The notes below the pieces were generated by a model. The model saw only the letters and a program-made list of their open reading frames with translations, was not told where the DNA came from and searched no databases. A DNA stretch of 53,172 nt from Trichinella spiralis (lineage: Eukaryota): contig NW_003526940.1 in assembly GCF_000181795.1 (NCBI RefSeq), positions 2,929,011-2,982,182 of the forward strand, in the 5' to 3' direction. Shown here in pieces: positions 1 to 13,048 of the stretch; the first letter of the stretch is position 1; each line of letters begins with the position of its first letter. A program made the position numbers and the translations under genes.

Positions 1-810
1 TATAGTAAAGGTGAAAAATCAAAATATGGTAAGTCACATGTGTTACTGCTAAATTTTCAGAACAAACATCTGGCAGAATTTTGCTCTGCTAACATAAATC
101 TTTCATAATTCATTTTTTATTCTACAGTAGTAGTATATACAACAAACAGAGAAAAGTTTGCTAAAGCTGTAGTCATAATAATAATTTGATGCAGAAAAAT
201 GCATTATCCGGCGAAGAAAAATTACATAAATTACTTTGCAAAAATATGGAATGATTTTGAAATACGGTATCACAGTTAACGCATTGAACAGAGTGCAGTT
301 GTACTAATGGAAGGCGTGTTTTCTTAAAATAATCACAACATAAGCATTTGAACGGATGTTTGAAAATAACACGCCTTTTATTACAATTTGCTAGGATTTT
401 CATGTAAATTTCAAAAAAAATCTAATTACAGAGATTTACCGAAGAGTACTTGTGAAGAAATTAAAGACAGGCATCAAAGTTTGGACAACAAGAGATAAAA
501 CATTAAAAAGTGATTGTCGGATTTTGGGCAGAAGTATAAAATTAGTAACGAGTCCTATTACAATTGGTGACCATGCAAGTTCTCTTGAAAGTGATGTCTC
601 TCACTGGTTAATTAGTGATCCTGGAAACAAATTTTGTGCTGTTGACAAGCCATACCATGTAAATATAAAATAATTAGAACCAGTCGTATAATAGAATGTT
701 TTTTTTAGAAAAGCCAAACTAAAGAGCCAGCAATTGCCGTGTGCATCGATGACGCTACCATTTTTGGTCATTTCAATCTAATTGGTCAGAATGTAGAAAA
801 TTGCGCATGA
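1..810 (+). CDS. DNase II-like secreted protein, copy A (3' part only; gene runs off the left edge)
   Basis: Exons <1-28, 432-658 and 709-810 have GT/AG boundaries and splice in frame: YSKGEKSKY-EIYRRVLVKKLKTGIKVWTTRD...SDVSHWLISDPGNKFCAVDKPYH-KSQTKEPAIAVCIDDATIFGHFNLIGQNVENCA*. Paralogous to copies B-G. Confidence 0.9.
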
Positions 811-1745
811 AGCCACGAGACTGATGACGGAACTCATTTCATGTCTGAAAACTTCAGTTGAATAAAACAGAAATAAAATTTAGTCTATGTACGTGAGATT
901 TAACAAAGTATATTTCAACTAACAGTTCAACAAGAACCATATTTTCATTTCTTCGTATTCTAAATAGTTTATTAAGTCGATATGTTATTCGCAATTTTCA
1001 GAGAAACGCTTCTGTAATAGACAATTCTATCATAATTAGTATAGTTTAGCAAGGATTGCACAGATCATTTTGCGCATGCGTTGAGCATTGCTAATGTTAT
1101 ATCTGTCAGTTTTTTGTTTAAATAATTGAAAATTCTTTAAAAAGAAGAAATATGCGTTATTTAATTTTCTATTAATTTTGATTTCATAGAAACATGTTTC
1201 TGAGCGTTATTTCGCATTTTTTCAGCAAATTAAATCATATTCTTATTATTCAAAACAATCTGATAATATGTAAGTAAGGAATTCATATTGCAAAGCGTAC
1301 ATATCGCAAAATGAAACTGATATTAACCATATGCATGTTTTTTTCAGCATTCCCTGTCTTCAGTATACAAAAAATTTGATATAAATTTTTCTGGAAATGA
1401 AATTCTTTCTCTAAAGTAATACTTCAATAAACAATCCATTTCGTTCACATTTTACTGGACATATTGCTCCTCACTACTTTTATTGCTTAAATGATATTTT
1501 ATCTGTGAAATGATAAATTAATGGAAAATGACTGTTCAAGCCATTTTAAAGAAGAACATTTTAGATATGAAGCTTTATTTAAATTATTATATCTGATAAG
1601 AAAATATTTATTTGCAGCGCAATGGTTAAACATTTATTTTACAACAATCTGTATTTATTTGATTGAAGAATAAATCTTAGAAAATTTACATCAAAAGAAG
1701 CTGCTTAATTATTTAATAGGGTGACAAACATTAACGAACCTCAAT

Positions 1746-4714
1746 ATGCTTGTTAATGGAGACTGCTTTATAATGCGCTTTAGGTGGATTTTTGTTTTAT
1801 GCTTCTCTTTTCCGAGATATTCAGTAGCTACATCAAAATGTTATGATTTGAATGGTGGTGCGCTAGCAGATTGGTAAGAATTATTTTTCAACTTTCTGTT
1901 TGCTCTAAACGCTGATGCAGAATATGCGTAGCGTCTCCCTGTGAAAGCAAAGAGAACATTTTCACTTAAATGTAATATATAAAACATTAATAACCATAAA
2001 AGCTATAGCAGGAAACTAATGATATCATTCTAATTCTACCATGTAATCATATCCATGATTTCCCAAAGAATTTCAAATCATGGTGAATGTTTTATTTTAA
2101 TAGAAAATGATTTTGGGCAGCCATAATATAATTAGGAATTTAGGCTGCAACATCGTGTAATAAATTTGCGAATTAGTCCAAAAATCTTGAACATGCCAAC
2201 ATATTTTGAACACATAAATTTTTTAATTTAATCTATTTTAATGTTGCTTTCCATATCTTTAAATATACATAAATCTGTTTTGTTATTTTATTTGCAACTT
2301 TGTTAAAAAATTAGTTCAGATCTTTGTACAACGTAAAGATATTATTTAAAATAATAATCTGCTTGACATCCTTAGGCATGGACAACATTCAATGATAATG
2401 CATTATGAAAATTATAGAACATACTATTTCACAGGGTTTTAATATTAAAAAAAAATCAACGTGGGACGTTACAAAATTAAATTAACAAAGCCACATCAAA
2501 ACACCACATTAGAATGTGTTTTATTTCGAAATTTCAAATTACATTTAATTTGACTGAAATAAAGAAATAGAGCAGTTCAATAGGATTACTGAATTCAAAT
2601 GATAACCTACATGTGGATTCATGATCAAGAATACCTGAATTTGCACACGCACGAATTAGTATGTCATCATCCTTGATGTGCATGCTATTGCAAATTTTAA
2701 ACAAAAAGAGTTGTTTTTAAAAAACTATTTTTCATTTAGGGAAGTACATATTTATAAAATAAAAAATTTATGAAATAGATATACATACAGTAAAGAAAAG
2801 AAACAGTAGATTTTTAATTAATTTATTTATTTTGCATGCACGTTTCCTAGATCCAGGTAAAAATATCCAGCAAATAAACAGCATCAATATTACCTTACTG
2901 AATTGATTAGCGTACAGTAGCAGCAAATATCAAATACATTTTTGTGTTGTTGATGCAATTTTCCTCAGTTATGTAAAAGAGGAACGTGTCTTGAGTAAAA
3001 GTTGAAATGTTCTTCTGAAAAGTTAATTTTACATCTTAATAAACAAAACTTTTGCAGCATTAAGTTTCATAAATAACATTTACTAATTGTAAATAAATGT
3101 AAATTATGAAACGATTAACAAAAGAATTCACCAACTTGTCAATTTTCCTATATAGGGTTGTTGTATACAAAGCACCAGCTCAAAATATGGGAAAAGCATT
3201 AATTGCAGGACGTGCTCCCGTTGTATGGCAAAATACTCCGGATCTTACCCAGCCTAATAATCACGCAGTTGTTAAATCACTTGAACATGTTATCGCAGTA
3301 AATCCAACAAACAAATTTATTGCATACAATAACATTCCACCTGATATTCCCAAAGTAAAAACGAAATCAAACAGCAAAGGTAACAACAGCAAACGTTATA
3401 ACAAAAAATGACAAATCTTATAATCATTATTCTACATAGGTGTTTTAATGATGAATCCCGGTGTCCCAGATGAAGCATCATGGATTGTTCACACAATACC
3501 AGGTTTCCCGAAAGCGCTAACAGGATACGTATTTCCACCTGCAGAAATTCAGAAAGGACATTTGTTTATCTGTTTGACAATTAAAGAAAGCGAAATTGAT
3601 GCAATTGGTAAATTTATTTGCATGAAAAAGATTGCATTTACGCAGAACTATTTGGAAGATGCTTAACATTTCATGCAAAAAAGAATTTGAAGCAAATATA
3701 TTTTTATGATAATTAAATATAATAAAATCCATGCAATTTCCAGCGATGGCCCTGAGAATTGCAACACCACTGATATATCACAATGATATACCAGATGATC
3801 CAGCTCGACCAAATCTGAAAAAATTGGTTAATGGCGAATCAAGATTAACGCCACCATTAACCGTGACACAGCAAATTTCTACAGCAGCTGCTCAAGGATT
3901 AAAAATGACAATATACAGTAAAAGTGAAAAATCAAAATATGGTAAGTCACATGCGTTACTGCGAAATTTCCAGAACAAGCATCTGGCAGAATTTTGCTCT
4001 GTTAAAATAAATTTGCTTTTATAATTCGTTTCTTATTTTACAGTAATAGTATATGCGGCAAACAGAAAAGAGTTTGCTAAAATTATAGTCATAATAATAA
4101 TTTCATTCAGAGAAACACGTTACACGGTGAAGATAAAATGCTGAATTTTTTTACAGAAATATAGAATGATTTTGAAAAACGCTATTACACTCGACGCAAC
4201 GAATAGAATGCATTTTTACAGTTGTAAGGCGTGCATTTTCAGAATAATCTCATCATATGCATTTGAATGGATAAATAGCACATCTCTTGTTGCAATTTAC
4301 TCTGAATTTAATGTGAATTTCAAAAAAAACTAATTACAGAGATTTACCGAAGAGTACTTGTGAAGAAATTAAAGACAAGCATCAGAGCTTGGACAACAAG
4401 AGATAAAACATTGAAAAGTGATTGTCGGATTTTGAACAGAAATATAAAATTAGTGGCAAGTCCCATTGATGTTAATGGTCATGCAAGTTCTCTTGATAGT
4501 GATGTTTCTCAGTGGTTAATTAGTGATCCTGGAAACAAATTTTGTGCAATTGACAAACCTTACCATGTAAATTTGTAATAATTGAAAAGCAATTGTAGAA
4601 CAATATGTTTTTTAGAAAAGCCAAACAAAAGAACCAGCAATGGCGGTTTGCATTGATGATGCTACAATTTTTGGTCATTTTAATCTAATTGGTCAAAATG
4701 TAGAAAATTGCTAA
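1746..4714 (+). CDS. DNase II-like (plancitoxin/gp43 family) secreted protein, copy B, 347 aa
   Basis: Six exons: 1746-1873, 3156-3379, 3440-3607, 3744-3941, 4340-4566, 4616-4714 (1044 nt, all GT..AG, open frame). Hydrophobic N-terminus MLVNGDCFIMRFRWIFVLCFSFPRYSVA. DNase II hallmarks: DWVVVYKAP, YNNIPP, SKGVLMM, WIVHTIPGFP, GHLFICL, and C-terminal Cys pattern. Confidence 0.92.
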
Positions 4715-5660
4715 TGAAGCCACAAGACTGATGACGGAACTCATTTTGTGTCTAAAAACGTCTAATTGAATAGAACAGAAATAAAATTATCTCCGTGGAA
4801 CTGAAATTTAGCAAAATATATTTCAACATGTCCTGTTCAGCAAGAACCATACTTGAATTTTTTGTTTTTCTGAATAGTTTATTAAATATCAAACTCATTC
4901 ACAATGTTCAAAGCAACGTATCTGTTAGGTACAATTCTATGATAATTAGAATGATTTTGCAAAGATTGAACACATCAGTTTGCGTATGCACTGATTATTA
5001 GTAATGTTATATGTGCCAGTTTTTTGTTTGAATAACTGAAAATTCTTTATATAAAAAATGTGAACGTTATTTAATTGTCTATTAATTTTAATTTCATAGA
5101 AACATATTTCCGTGTGTTACTGCGCATTTTCCACAACCGCAATCATATTTTTATTATTCAAAACAATTTGATAATATTTAAGCAGGGGAATACCTATTGT
5201 AAAGCGTTCATTTTGCAAAATGAAACTGTTATTAACCATATGCATGTTTTTTCGGCCTTCACTCTCTTTAGTAAACAATAAATTTTGCATAATTTTTTTT
5301 GGAAATAAATTTCTTTCCCTAAAATAATATTTCAGTAAACAATCCATTTTGATCACAATTTACTCGACATATTGCTCTTTACTACTTTTATTGTTTAAAT
5401 GATATTTTATGTATAAAATGATAAACTGATAGAAAATAAGTGTTCAATTCATTTTAAAGAATAGCATTTTAATATGAAGTTTTATTTAAATTATTATATC
5501 TGATAAGAAAATATTTATTTACAGTGCAGTGGTTAAACATTTATTTTTGAAGTTTGCAATCTGTATTTATTTGATCGAAGAATAAATCTTAGAGCATTCA
5601 CAACAACAAAAGAAACAGCTTAATGATTTGATTGGGTAACAAACATTTACAAATCTCAAG

Positions 5661-5788
5661 ATGCTCGTTAATGCGGATCGCTTTATAATGCAGATTGAAT
5701 GGATTTTTGTTTTATGCTTCACTTTTCCAAGATATTCAGTAGCTACATCAAAATGTCATGATTTGAATGGTAATGCGCCAGCAGATTG
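5661..5788 (+). pseudogene. Orphan exon 1 of DNase II-like copy C
   Basis: 128-nt exon MLVNADRFIMQIEWIFVLCFTFPRYSVATSKCHDLNGNAPADW with a GTAAG donor and the conserved upstream flank. No exons 2-4 appear before the gap at 8394, so it is either a pseudogene or a gene split by the gap. Confidence 0.7.
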
Positions 5789-6477
5789 GTAAGAATTATT
5801 TTTTAACTTTCTGTTGGCCCTAAACGTTGATGCAGAATATGTGTAGTGTATCTTCGTGAAGGCAAAGAGATCACTTTCAAAAGCTTACTGAAATGTACTT
5901 TATTGATGAATAATGAAATATATTTCTTTTGCACCTAATGTTTACAAAATAAAATTTTCGTTGCATAATAATAACAGTAGGAACATCAGCAGTAGTACGC
6001 ATTAAGCATTTATAATATCAGCCCGCAAGTATTTCCTGATAAAATTGTAATAATTTAGAGATATTTTAGAAAAAAAATATGCTTGACATGCTTTGTCAGA
6101 CGATAAATAAATCCAAGGATAGTACATTTTCAAAAGGAGAGCACATTTGCTGCAACATATTTGTTGATGTATTTTAAATGCAGCATTGTTTAATGCTCAT
6201 AAATAAATGGTGTTAATATACATATGTAAAAATGGTTTCAACATTAATGTAAAACTCTTATCTCTCACAATTTTCATTCCCATGAAAATTTGCAAAATGT
6301 TATACTGTAAATCAACAATTTTATTAAAAGAATGCGAATTATATTTAATTTGAATCAAGCAACAAAGCAAGGCAGTTCGAGGAGAAAAACTGAAGTATAA
6401 TAATGCCCTACAACTGAACGCATACACAAAAATACTGCATATAATTTCAAGTAAATTTCAAAGAAACAAATTGCAAA

Positions 6478-6711
6478 GGTTTATCGAAGAGTAATTTGGA
6501 AGAAATTAAAGACAAACATCAAAGTTTGGACAGCAAGAAATAAAACTTTGAAACATTGAAAAACATTAAAAAGTGATTGTCAGATTTTGGGGAGAAATAT
6601 AAAATTAGTAACAAGTCCCATTGTTGCCAATGGTCATGCAAGTTTTCTTGAAAGCGATGTCTCTCAATGATTAATTAGTGAACTAGGAAACAAATTTACA
6701 AACCTTACCAT
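6478..6711 (+). pseudogene. Decayed DNase II-like exon 5
   Basis: Homologous to exon 5 (YRRVIWKKLKTNIKVWTARNK...SDCQILGRNIKLVTSP...ESDVSQ*). It carries a small internal duplication/frameshift, a TGG>TGA stop and a deletion before AAACCTTACCAT. Confidence 0.85.
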
Positions 6712-6732
6712 GTAAATTTTTGGTATTGTATG

Positions 6733-7316
6733 TATTGAAAAATCTTTAGTTCGAACTTGAGGATTCTTTGGTAGTGGACTGTATGTGTTAAATATAAAAT
6801 ATCAATGACAGTGGGTTTGACTAAGAATCGGTATATTCAGAACAAACAGTGAGTAACAATAATGATATAGCGAGAGAAAAGAAACGGATCAGGCGGTATT
6901 CGATACGGCGTGTTCCGTGTTAATGTCCCTCCTCCCTCCGCACTTGTATTTATATCTGTTTCTTGGCGTCACTCCGCATCCGGCGTCCTCGATAAAAAAA
7001 ATGAAAAGCAATTATAAATCGGAGTGGGCACGCCATCCCTTAGACTGTGCAGCTTAGCCGGAATCTGAACAGGTGCGCTGTCAGCCTCATTTCAATTTGA
7101 CGCTTTTTCAGCAACTGACCACAAAAGTTGTGACAAATATATTACAGGACGCTGACTTTTTGATGATTTAATTGCCATTCCATTGTTTAACATCAAGAAA
7201 AACAAAGGATGCAACTGGCGTCGCGCAATTGTTGCTTTCGTACCAGGAGCAATGCTTTGTTGCCACGGGAATTTTTACATAGTGATGAGCAGATATTGAG
7301 AAAAGATTTCTCAACA
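6733..7316 (-). mobile_element. Solo LTR of the BEL/Pao family at 23422
   Basis: 584 bp, near-identical reverse complement of LTR 23422-24005. Flanked by the direct 5-bp TSD GTATG (6728-6732 and 7317-7321). One terminus is mutated (TATTGA instead of TGTTGA on the plus strand). Confidence 0.95.
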
Positions 7317-7424
7317 GTATGAATCAAAATTTCACTGTTGTTTTCGCTTCAACGCGAATGTTTCAATTTCATTATAAATTTAAAAGTAAGAGTTGTTTGT
7401 GAGCAAAGAATAGAGACTTTACAG

Positions 7425-7873
7425 CAGTGTTTCCCAAAAATTTTCAGGCTATTGCCCCCTTAAGAGGCGTATATTTTTCAAACGCCCCCTCCCTAAATTA
7501 TTGCCAAAAATGATGAATTTTTAAATAGGCTATTGATTCAAATCGAGGGTTTTTTTCAAAAATAATCATATAGTGAGGAAATAATTAATGTGATGTATGG
7601 GCTTAGTGCGTTGCGACTAATCTGTCTACATTGGGTTCAATGTTGGTAAGAAACAGTCGTAAGTGCTATGAGCGAAGAAGATGAAGAAGACAGATTGCAG
7701 AGAGTCATATTACATTAAACACACAAAAATTAATAAATATTCTTAAAGCAACTGCTGAACAAATATCATTATAAACACAAAACATAAAACATATTGTGTT
7801 CACGCGCCCCCTAGTGTCTCTTTACTTCCCACTGCCCCCAAGGGGGCGATATCACCCACTTTGAGAATCACTA
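7425..7873. mobile_element. Non-autonomous hAT (Charlie-like) MITE, 449 bp
   Basis: Ends are CAGTGTTTCCCAAA...TTTGAGAATCACTA (imperfect TIR). Perfect 8-bp TSD CTTTACAG at 7417-7424 and 7874-7881. No ORF. Confidence 0.88.
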
Positions 7874-8004
7874 CTTTACAGCATTCAACACCTTAATATA
7901 AGAAATGCATAATTACCATAAAGAAAGAATAATCATTTATTGGCAGAGCATATTTTCTTTATGCATTCAATTCTGCACATGCCTGCGATTCCTAATTTTA
8001 AATA

Positions 8005-8393
8005 CAGTGAAACCTGTGTAAGTTGAACACCCTCCGTGCAGAGAAATTTGTTCAAGATAGACAGGTTTTCAACTTAGAAAGGTTTTAAAAAGTTTAGCCG
8101 AAAAAAAGGCAGTTCATCAAAAATTAACAAATAGGCAACTCTTTTATTTGTCATCAACTGTTAAGTAATCCAAAATACTAGATTGACGGCTGCGTCGGAT
8201 GCGCTTTTCTGCTTCCATTACTTCTAATTTAGATTCTATTTGTAAAAGTGTTGGTGCTATATCAGGGTGTTCTTGAAACAAATATCTTTGTAATTTTCGT
8301 ATCATTGTTATGCTTCTGAATATGTCAGTTTCTCATCAAGTGGGTCCTCAACTTCTTCTGATAACACCTCTTTGGCATTCGACTTGACAACAA
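8005..8393 (-). mobile_element. Tigger/pogo-like DNA transposon end, cut by the N-gap
   Basis: TA|CAGTGAAACCT terminus. The minus strand encodes a Tigger-like C-terminus (...RKLQRYLFQEHPDIAPTLLQIESKLEVMEAEKRIRRSRQSSILDYLTVDDK*). Confidence 0.7.
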
Positions 8394-8545
8394 NNNNNNN
8401 NNNATTAACAGGATGCGGTTGTTTCAGGTGTAAGTGTGCATATTTAAATGATCTCTTCATAGCGTTGGAATGATAGATAGCACATCTCTATTGCAATTGC
8501 TGGGGAATTTGAAGTGGAAATTTCCAAAAACGAATTTGATTACAG

Positions 8546-8928
8546 AGATTTTACCGAAAAAGTACTTGTGAAGAAAATTAAAGACAAGCATCAAAGTTTG
8601 GACAACAAGAGATAAAAATATGGAAAACTGACTGTCGGATTTTGAACAGAAAATATAAAATTAGTAACGAGTCCTTATTACTATCGGTGGCCACGCAAGT
8701 TCTCTTGAAAGTGATGTCTCTCAATGGTTAATTAGTGAACCAGGAAACAAATTTTGTGCAATTGACAAACCTTACCAAGTAAATATGAAATTATTACGGC
8801 ACTCATAAAACAAAATATTTTTTTAGAAGAGCCAAACAAAAGAGCCAGCAATAGCGGTTTGCATTGATGATGCTACAATTTTTGGTCATTTTAATGTAAT
8901 TGGTCAGAATGTAGAAAATTGCGCATGA
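8546..8928 (+). CDS. DNase II-like copy D, exons 5-6 only (5' part lost in or before the gap)
   Basis: Exons about 8546-8778 and 8827-8928 are nearly identical to copy E exons 5-6. Several single-base insertions, mostly in homopolymers, lie close to the contig edge and are probably sequencing errors. Confidence 0.75.
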
Positions 8929-9845
8929 AGCCACACATGATGACGGAACTCATTTCATGTCTGAAAACTGTAGTTGAAGAAAACAGAAATAAAATTTACT
9001 CTATGTACGTGAGATTTAACAAAATATATTTCAATGAACAGTTCGGCATGAACCATATTTTAGTTTGTTACTTTTCCATACAGTTTATTAAGTTGCAAAC
9101 TTATTCACGATCGTTTCTGTAATAGGCAATTTTATTATAAGTAGTATACTTTAGCAAGGGTTGCATCGATCATTTGCGCATGCGTTGAGCATTGCTGATG
9201 TTATATCTGTCATTTTTTTGTTTGAATAATTGAAAATTCTTTAAAAAAAAGAAATATGCGTTATTTAATTTTCTATTAATTTTGATTTCATAGAAACATG
9301 TTTCTGAGCGTTATTTCGCATTTTTTCAGCAAATTAAATCATATTCTTATTATTCAAAACAATCTGATAATATGTAAGTAAGGAATTCATATTGCAAAGC
9401 GTACATATCGCAAATGAAACTGATATTACCATATGCATGTTTTTTTCAGCATTCCCTGTCTTCAGTATACAAAAATTTGATATAATTTTTTCTGGAAATG
9501 AAATTCTTTCTCTAAAATAATACTTCAATAAACAATCCATTTCGACCACATTATACTGGACATATTCCACCTCACTACTTTTATTGTTTAAATGATATTT
9601 TATCTGTGAAATGATAAATTAATGGAAAATGACTGTTCAAGCCATTTTAAAGAAGAACATTTTAGATATGAAGCTTTATTTAAATTATTATATCTGATAA
9701 GAAAATATTTATTTGCAGTGCAATGGTTAAACATTTATTTTACAACAATCTGTATTTATTTGATTGAAGAATAAATCTTAGAAAATTTACATCAAAAGAA
9801 GCTGCTTAATTATTAATAGGGTGACAAACATTAACGAATCTCAAT

Positions 9846-12127
9846 ATGCTTGTTAATGCAGACTGCTTTATAATGCACTTTAGTTGGATTTTTGTTTTAT
9901 GCTTCTCTTTTCCAAGGTATTCAGTAGCTACATCAAAATGTTATGGTTTGAATGGTGCTGCGCCAGCAGATTGGTAAAAATTATTTTTTAACTTTCTGTT
10001 TGTTCTAAACGCCGATGCAGAATATGCGTAGCGTCTCCCTGTGAAAGCAAAGAGAACACTTTCACTTATATGTAATAAATAAAACATTAATAACCATAGA
10101 AGCTATAGCAGGACACTAATGATATCATTCGAATTCTACCATGTAATCATATCCATTATTTTCCGAAGAATTTCAAATCATTGTGAATATTTTATTTTAA
10201 CAGAAAAGAAATAGTGGATTTTTGAATAATTTAATTGCTTTACATGCACGTTTGCAAGATCCATGTAAAAATAACTTGCAAATAAACAGCAGCGGTATTA
10301 AGCTACTGAAGTGATTAGCGTACAATGGCAGCAAATGTCAAATACGTTTTTGTGCTGCTGATAATTCTTTCTCCTTAGTTATGTTAAGGAGGAACGTGTC
10401 TTGAGCAATAGTTGAAATGTTCCAAAAAGTTAATTTTACATCTTCTTAATAAACAAAACTTTTGCTGCATTAGGTTTTGTAGATAACATTTATTAATTAT
10501 AAAAAAAATAAAAATTATGAAACGATTAACAAGAGAATTCACTAACTCATCACTTATTCTATATAGGGTTGTTATATACAAAGCTCCAGCTCAAAATAGA
10601 GGAAAAGCATTGATTGCGGGCGCTAACCCTAATGCATGGCAAAATACTCAAGATCTTACGGGGCCTAATGGACATGCAGTTGTAAAATCACTTGAACATG
10701 TCATTATGGCAGATGCAGCAAACAAATTTATTGCCTACAGCAATATTCCACCGGATGTTCCGAAAGTGAAAACAAAATCAAATAGCAAAGGTAACAACAG
10801 TAAACGTTAAAACAAGAAATGAAAATTTTTATAATTATCATTTTTCTCAGGTGTGCTAATGATGAATCCACATGCCCCAGATGAAGCATCATGGATTGTT
10901 CACACAATACCAGGATTCCCGAAAGCGCTAAGAGGATACGTATTTCCACCTGCAGAAATTCAGAAAGGACATTTGTTTATCTGTTTGACAATTAAGGGAA
11001 GTGAAATTGATGCAATTGGTAAATTCATTTGTATGAAAAAACATTAAATTTACACAGAACTATTTGACAAATGCTTATAATTCCATACAAAAAAAATATG
11101 AAGCAATTATAATTGAACAATAATTTCATATGATAAAATGCATGCAATTTCTAGCAATGGCCTTGAGAATTGCAACTCCATTGATATATCACAATGATAT
11201 ACCAGATGCTCAGATAAATTCTCGACCAGATCTCAAAAAATTGGTTAACGGTGAATCAAGATTAACACCACCGCTAACAGTGACACGGCAAATTTCAACA
11301 GCAGCTGCTGCAGGATTAAAAGTGACAATATATAGTAAAGGTGAAAAATCAAAATATGGTGAGTCACATGTGCTAAATTTTAGGAACAAACATCTGGCAG
11401 AATTTTGCACAACTAACATAAATCTGCTTTCATAATTCATTTTTATTTTACAGTAATAGCATATGCGGCAAACAGAGAAAAGTTTGCTGAAATTAAAATC
11501 ATAATTATAATTTGATCCTGAGAAACACTTTGTGCGGTAAAGAAAATTTTCAGAATTTTTTTTACAGAAATATAGGATGTTTTTGTAAAACGCTGTTATA
11601 ATCAACGCAATGAACAGAATGCATTTTTACAGTTGTAAGGTGTGCATTTTTAAAATGATCTCATCATATGCATTTGAATGGATAAATAGCACATCTCTTA
11701 TTGCAATTTGCTCTGAATTTAATGTAAATTTCAAAAAGAATTAATTACAGAGATTTACCGAAAAGTACTTGTGAAGAAATTAAAGACAAGCATCAAAGTT
11801 TGGACAACAAGAGATAAAATATTGAAAACTGACTGTCGGATTTTGAACAGAAATATAAAATTAGTAACGAGTCCTATTACTATCGGTGGCCACGCAAGTT
11901 CTCTTGAAAGTGATGTCTCTCAATGGTTAATTAGTGAACCAGGAAACAAATTTTGTGCAATTGACAAACCTTACCAAGTAAATATGAAATTATTAGGGCA
12001 CTCATAAAACAAAATATTTTTTTAGAAGAGCCAAACAAAAGAGCCAGCAATAGCGGTTTGCATTGATGATGCTACAATTTTTGGTCATTTTAATGTAATT
12101 GGTCAGAATGTAGAAAATTGCGCATGA
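9846..12127 (+). CDS. DNase II-like secreted protein, copy E, 350 aa
   Basis: Exons 9846-9973, 10567-10790, 10851-11018, 11155-11358, 11751-11977, 12026-12127 (1053 nt, GT..AG, open frame). Same motifs as copy B. Confidence 0.92.
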
Positions 12128-13048
12128 AGCCACACATGATGACGGAACTCATTTCATGTCTGAAAACTGTAGTTGAAGAAAACAGAAATAAAATTTACTC
12201 TATGTACGTGAGATTTAACAAAATATATTTCAATGAACAGTTCGGCATGAACCATATTTTAGTTTGTTACTTTTCCATACAGTTTATTAAGTTGCAAACT
12301 TATTCACGATCGTTTCTGTAATAGGCAATTTTATTATAAGTAGTATACTTTAGCAAGGGTTGCATCGATCATTTGCGCATGCGTTGAGCATTGCTGATGT
12401 TATATCTGTCATTTTTTTGTTTGAATAATTGAAAATTCTTTAAAAAAAAGAAATATGCGTTATTTAATTTTCTATTAATTTTGATTTCATAGAAACATGT
12501 TTCTGAGCGTTATTTCGCATTTTTTCAGCAAATTAAATCATATTCTTATTATTCAAAACAATCTGATAATATGTAAGTAAGGAATTCATATTGCAAAGCG
12601 TACATATCGCAAAATGAAACTGATATTAACCATATGCATGTTTTTTTCAGCATTCCCTGTCTTCAGTATACAAAAAATTTGATATAAATTTTTCTGGAAA
12701 TGAAATTCTTTCTCTAAAGTAATACTTCAATAAACAATCCATTTCGTTCACATTTTACTGGACATATTGCTCCTCACTACTTTTATTGCTTAAATGATAT
12801 TTTATCTGTGAAATGATAAATTAATGGAAAATGACTGTTCAAGCCATTTTAAAGAAGAACATTTTAGATATGAAGCTTTATTTAAATTATTATATCTGAT
12901 AAGAAAATATTTATTTGCAGCGCAATGGTTAAACATTTATTTTACAACAATCTGTATTTATTTGATTGAAGAATAAATCTTAGAAAATTTACATCAAAAG
13001 AAGCTGCTTAATTATTTAATAGGGTGACAAACATTAACGAACCTCAAT

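Noticed and set aside
8546..8680. Frameshifts suggesting copy D is a pseudogene
   Set aside because: The extra bases are mostly homopolymer extensions near a contig end in sequence otherwise nearly identical to copy E, so sequencing error is more likely.
8919..9122. Identical 67-aa ORF repeated at 12118, and antisense ORFs over DNase exons
   Set aside because: These are 3' UTR or antisense frames duplicated with the tandem unit, and the 67-aa ORF is interrupted by stops in other paralogues.
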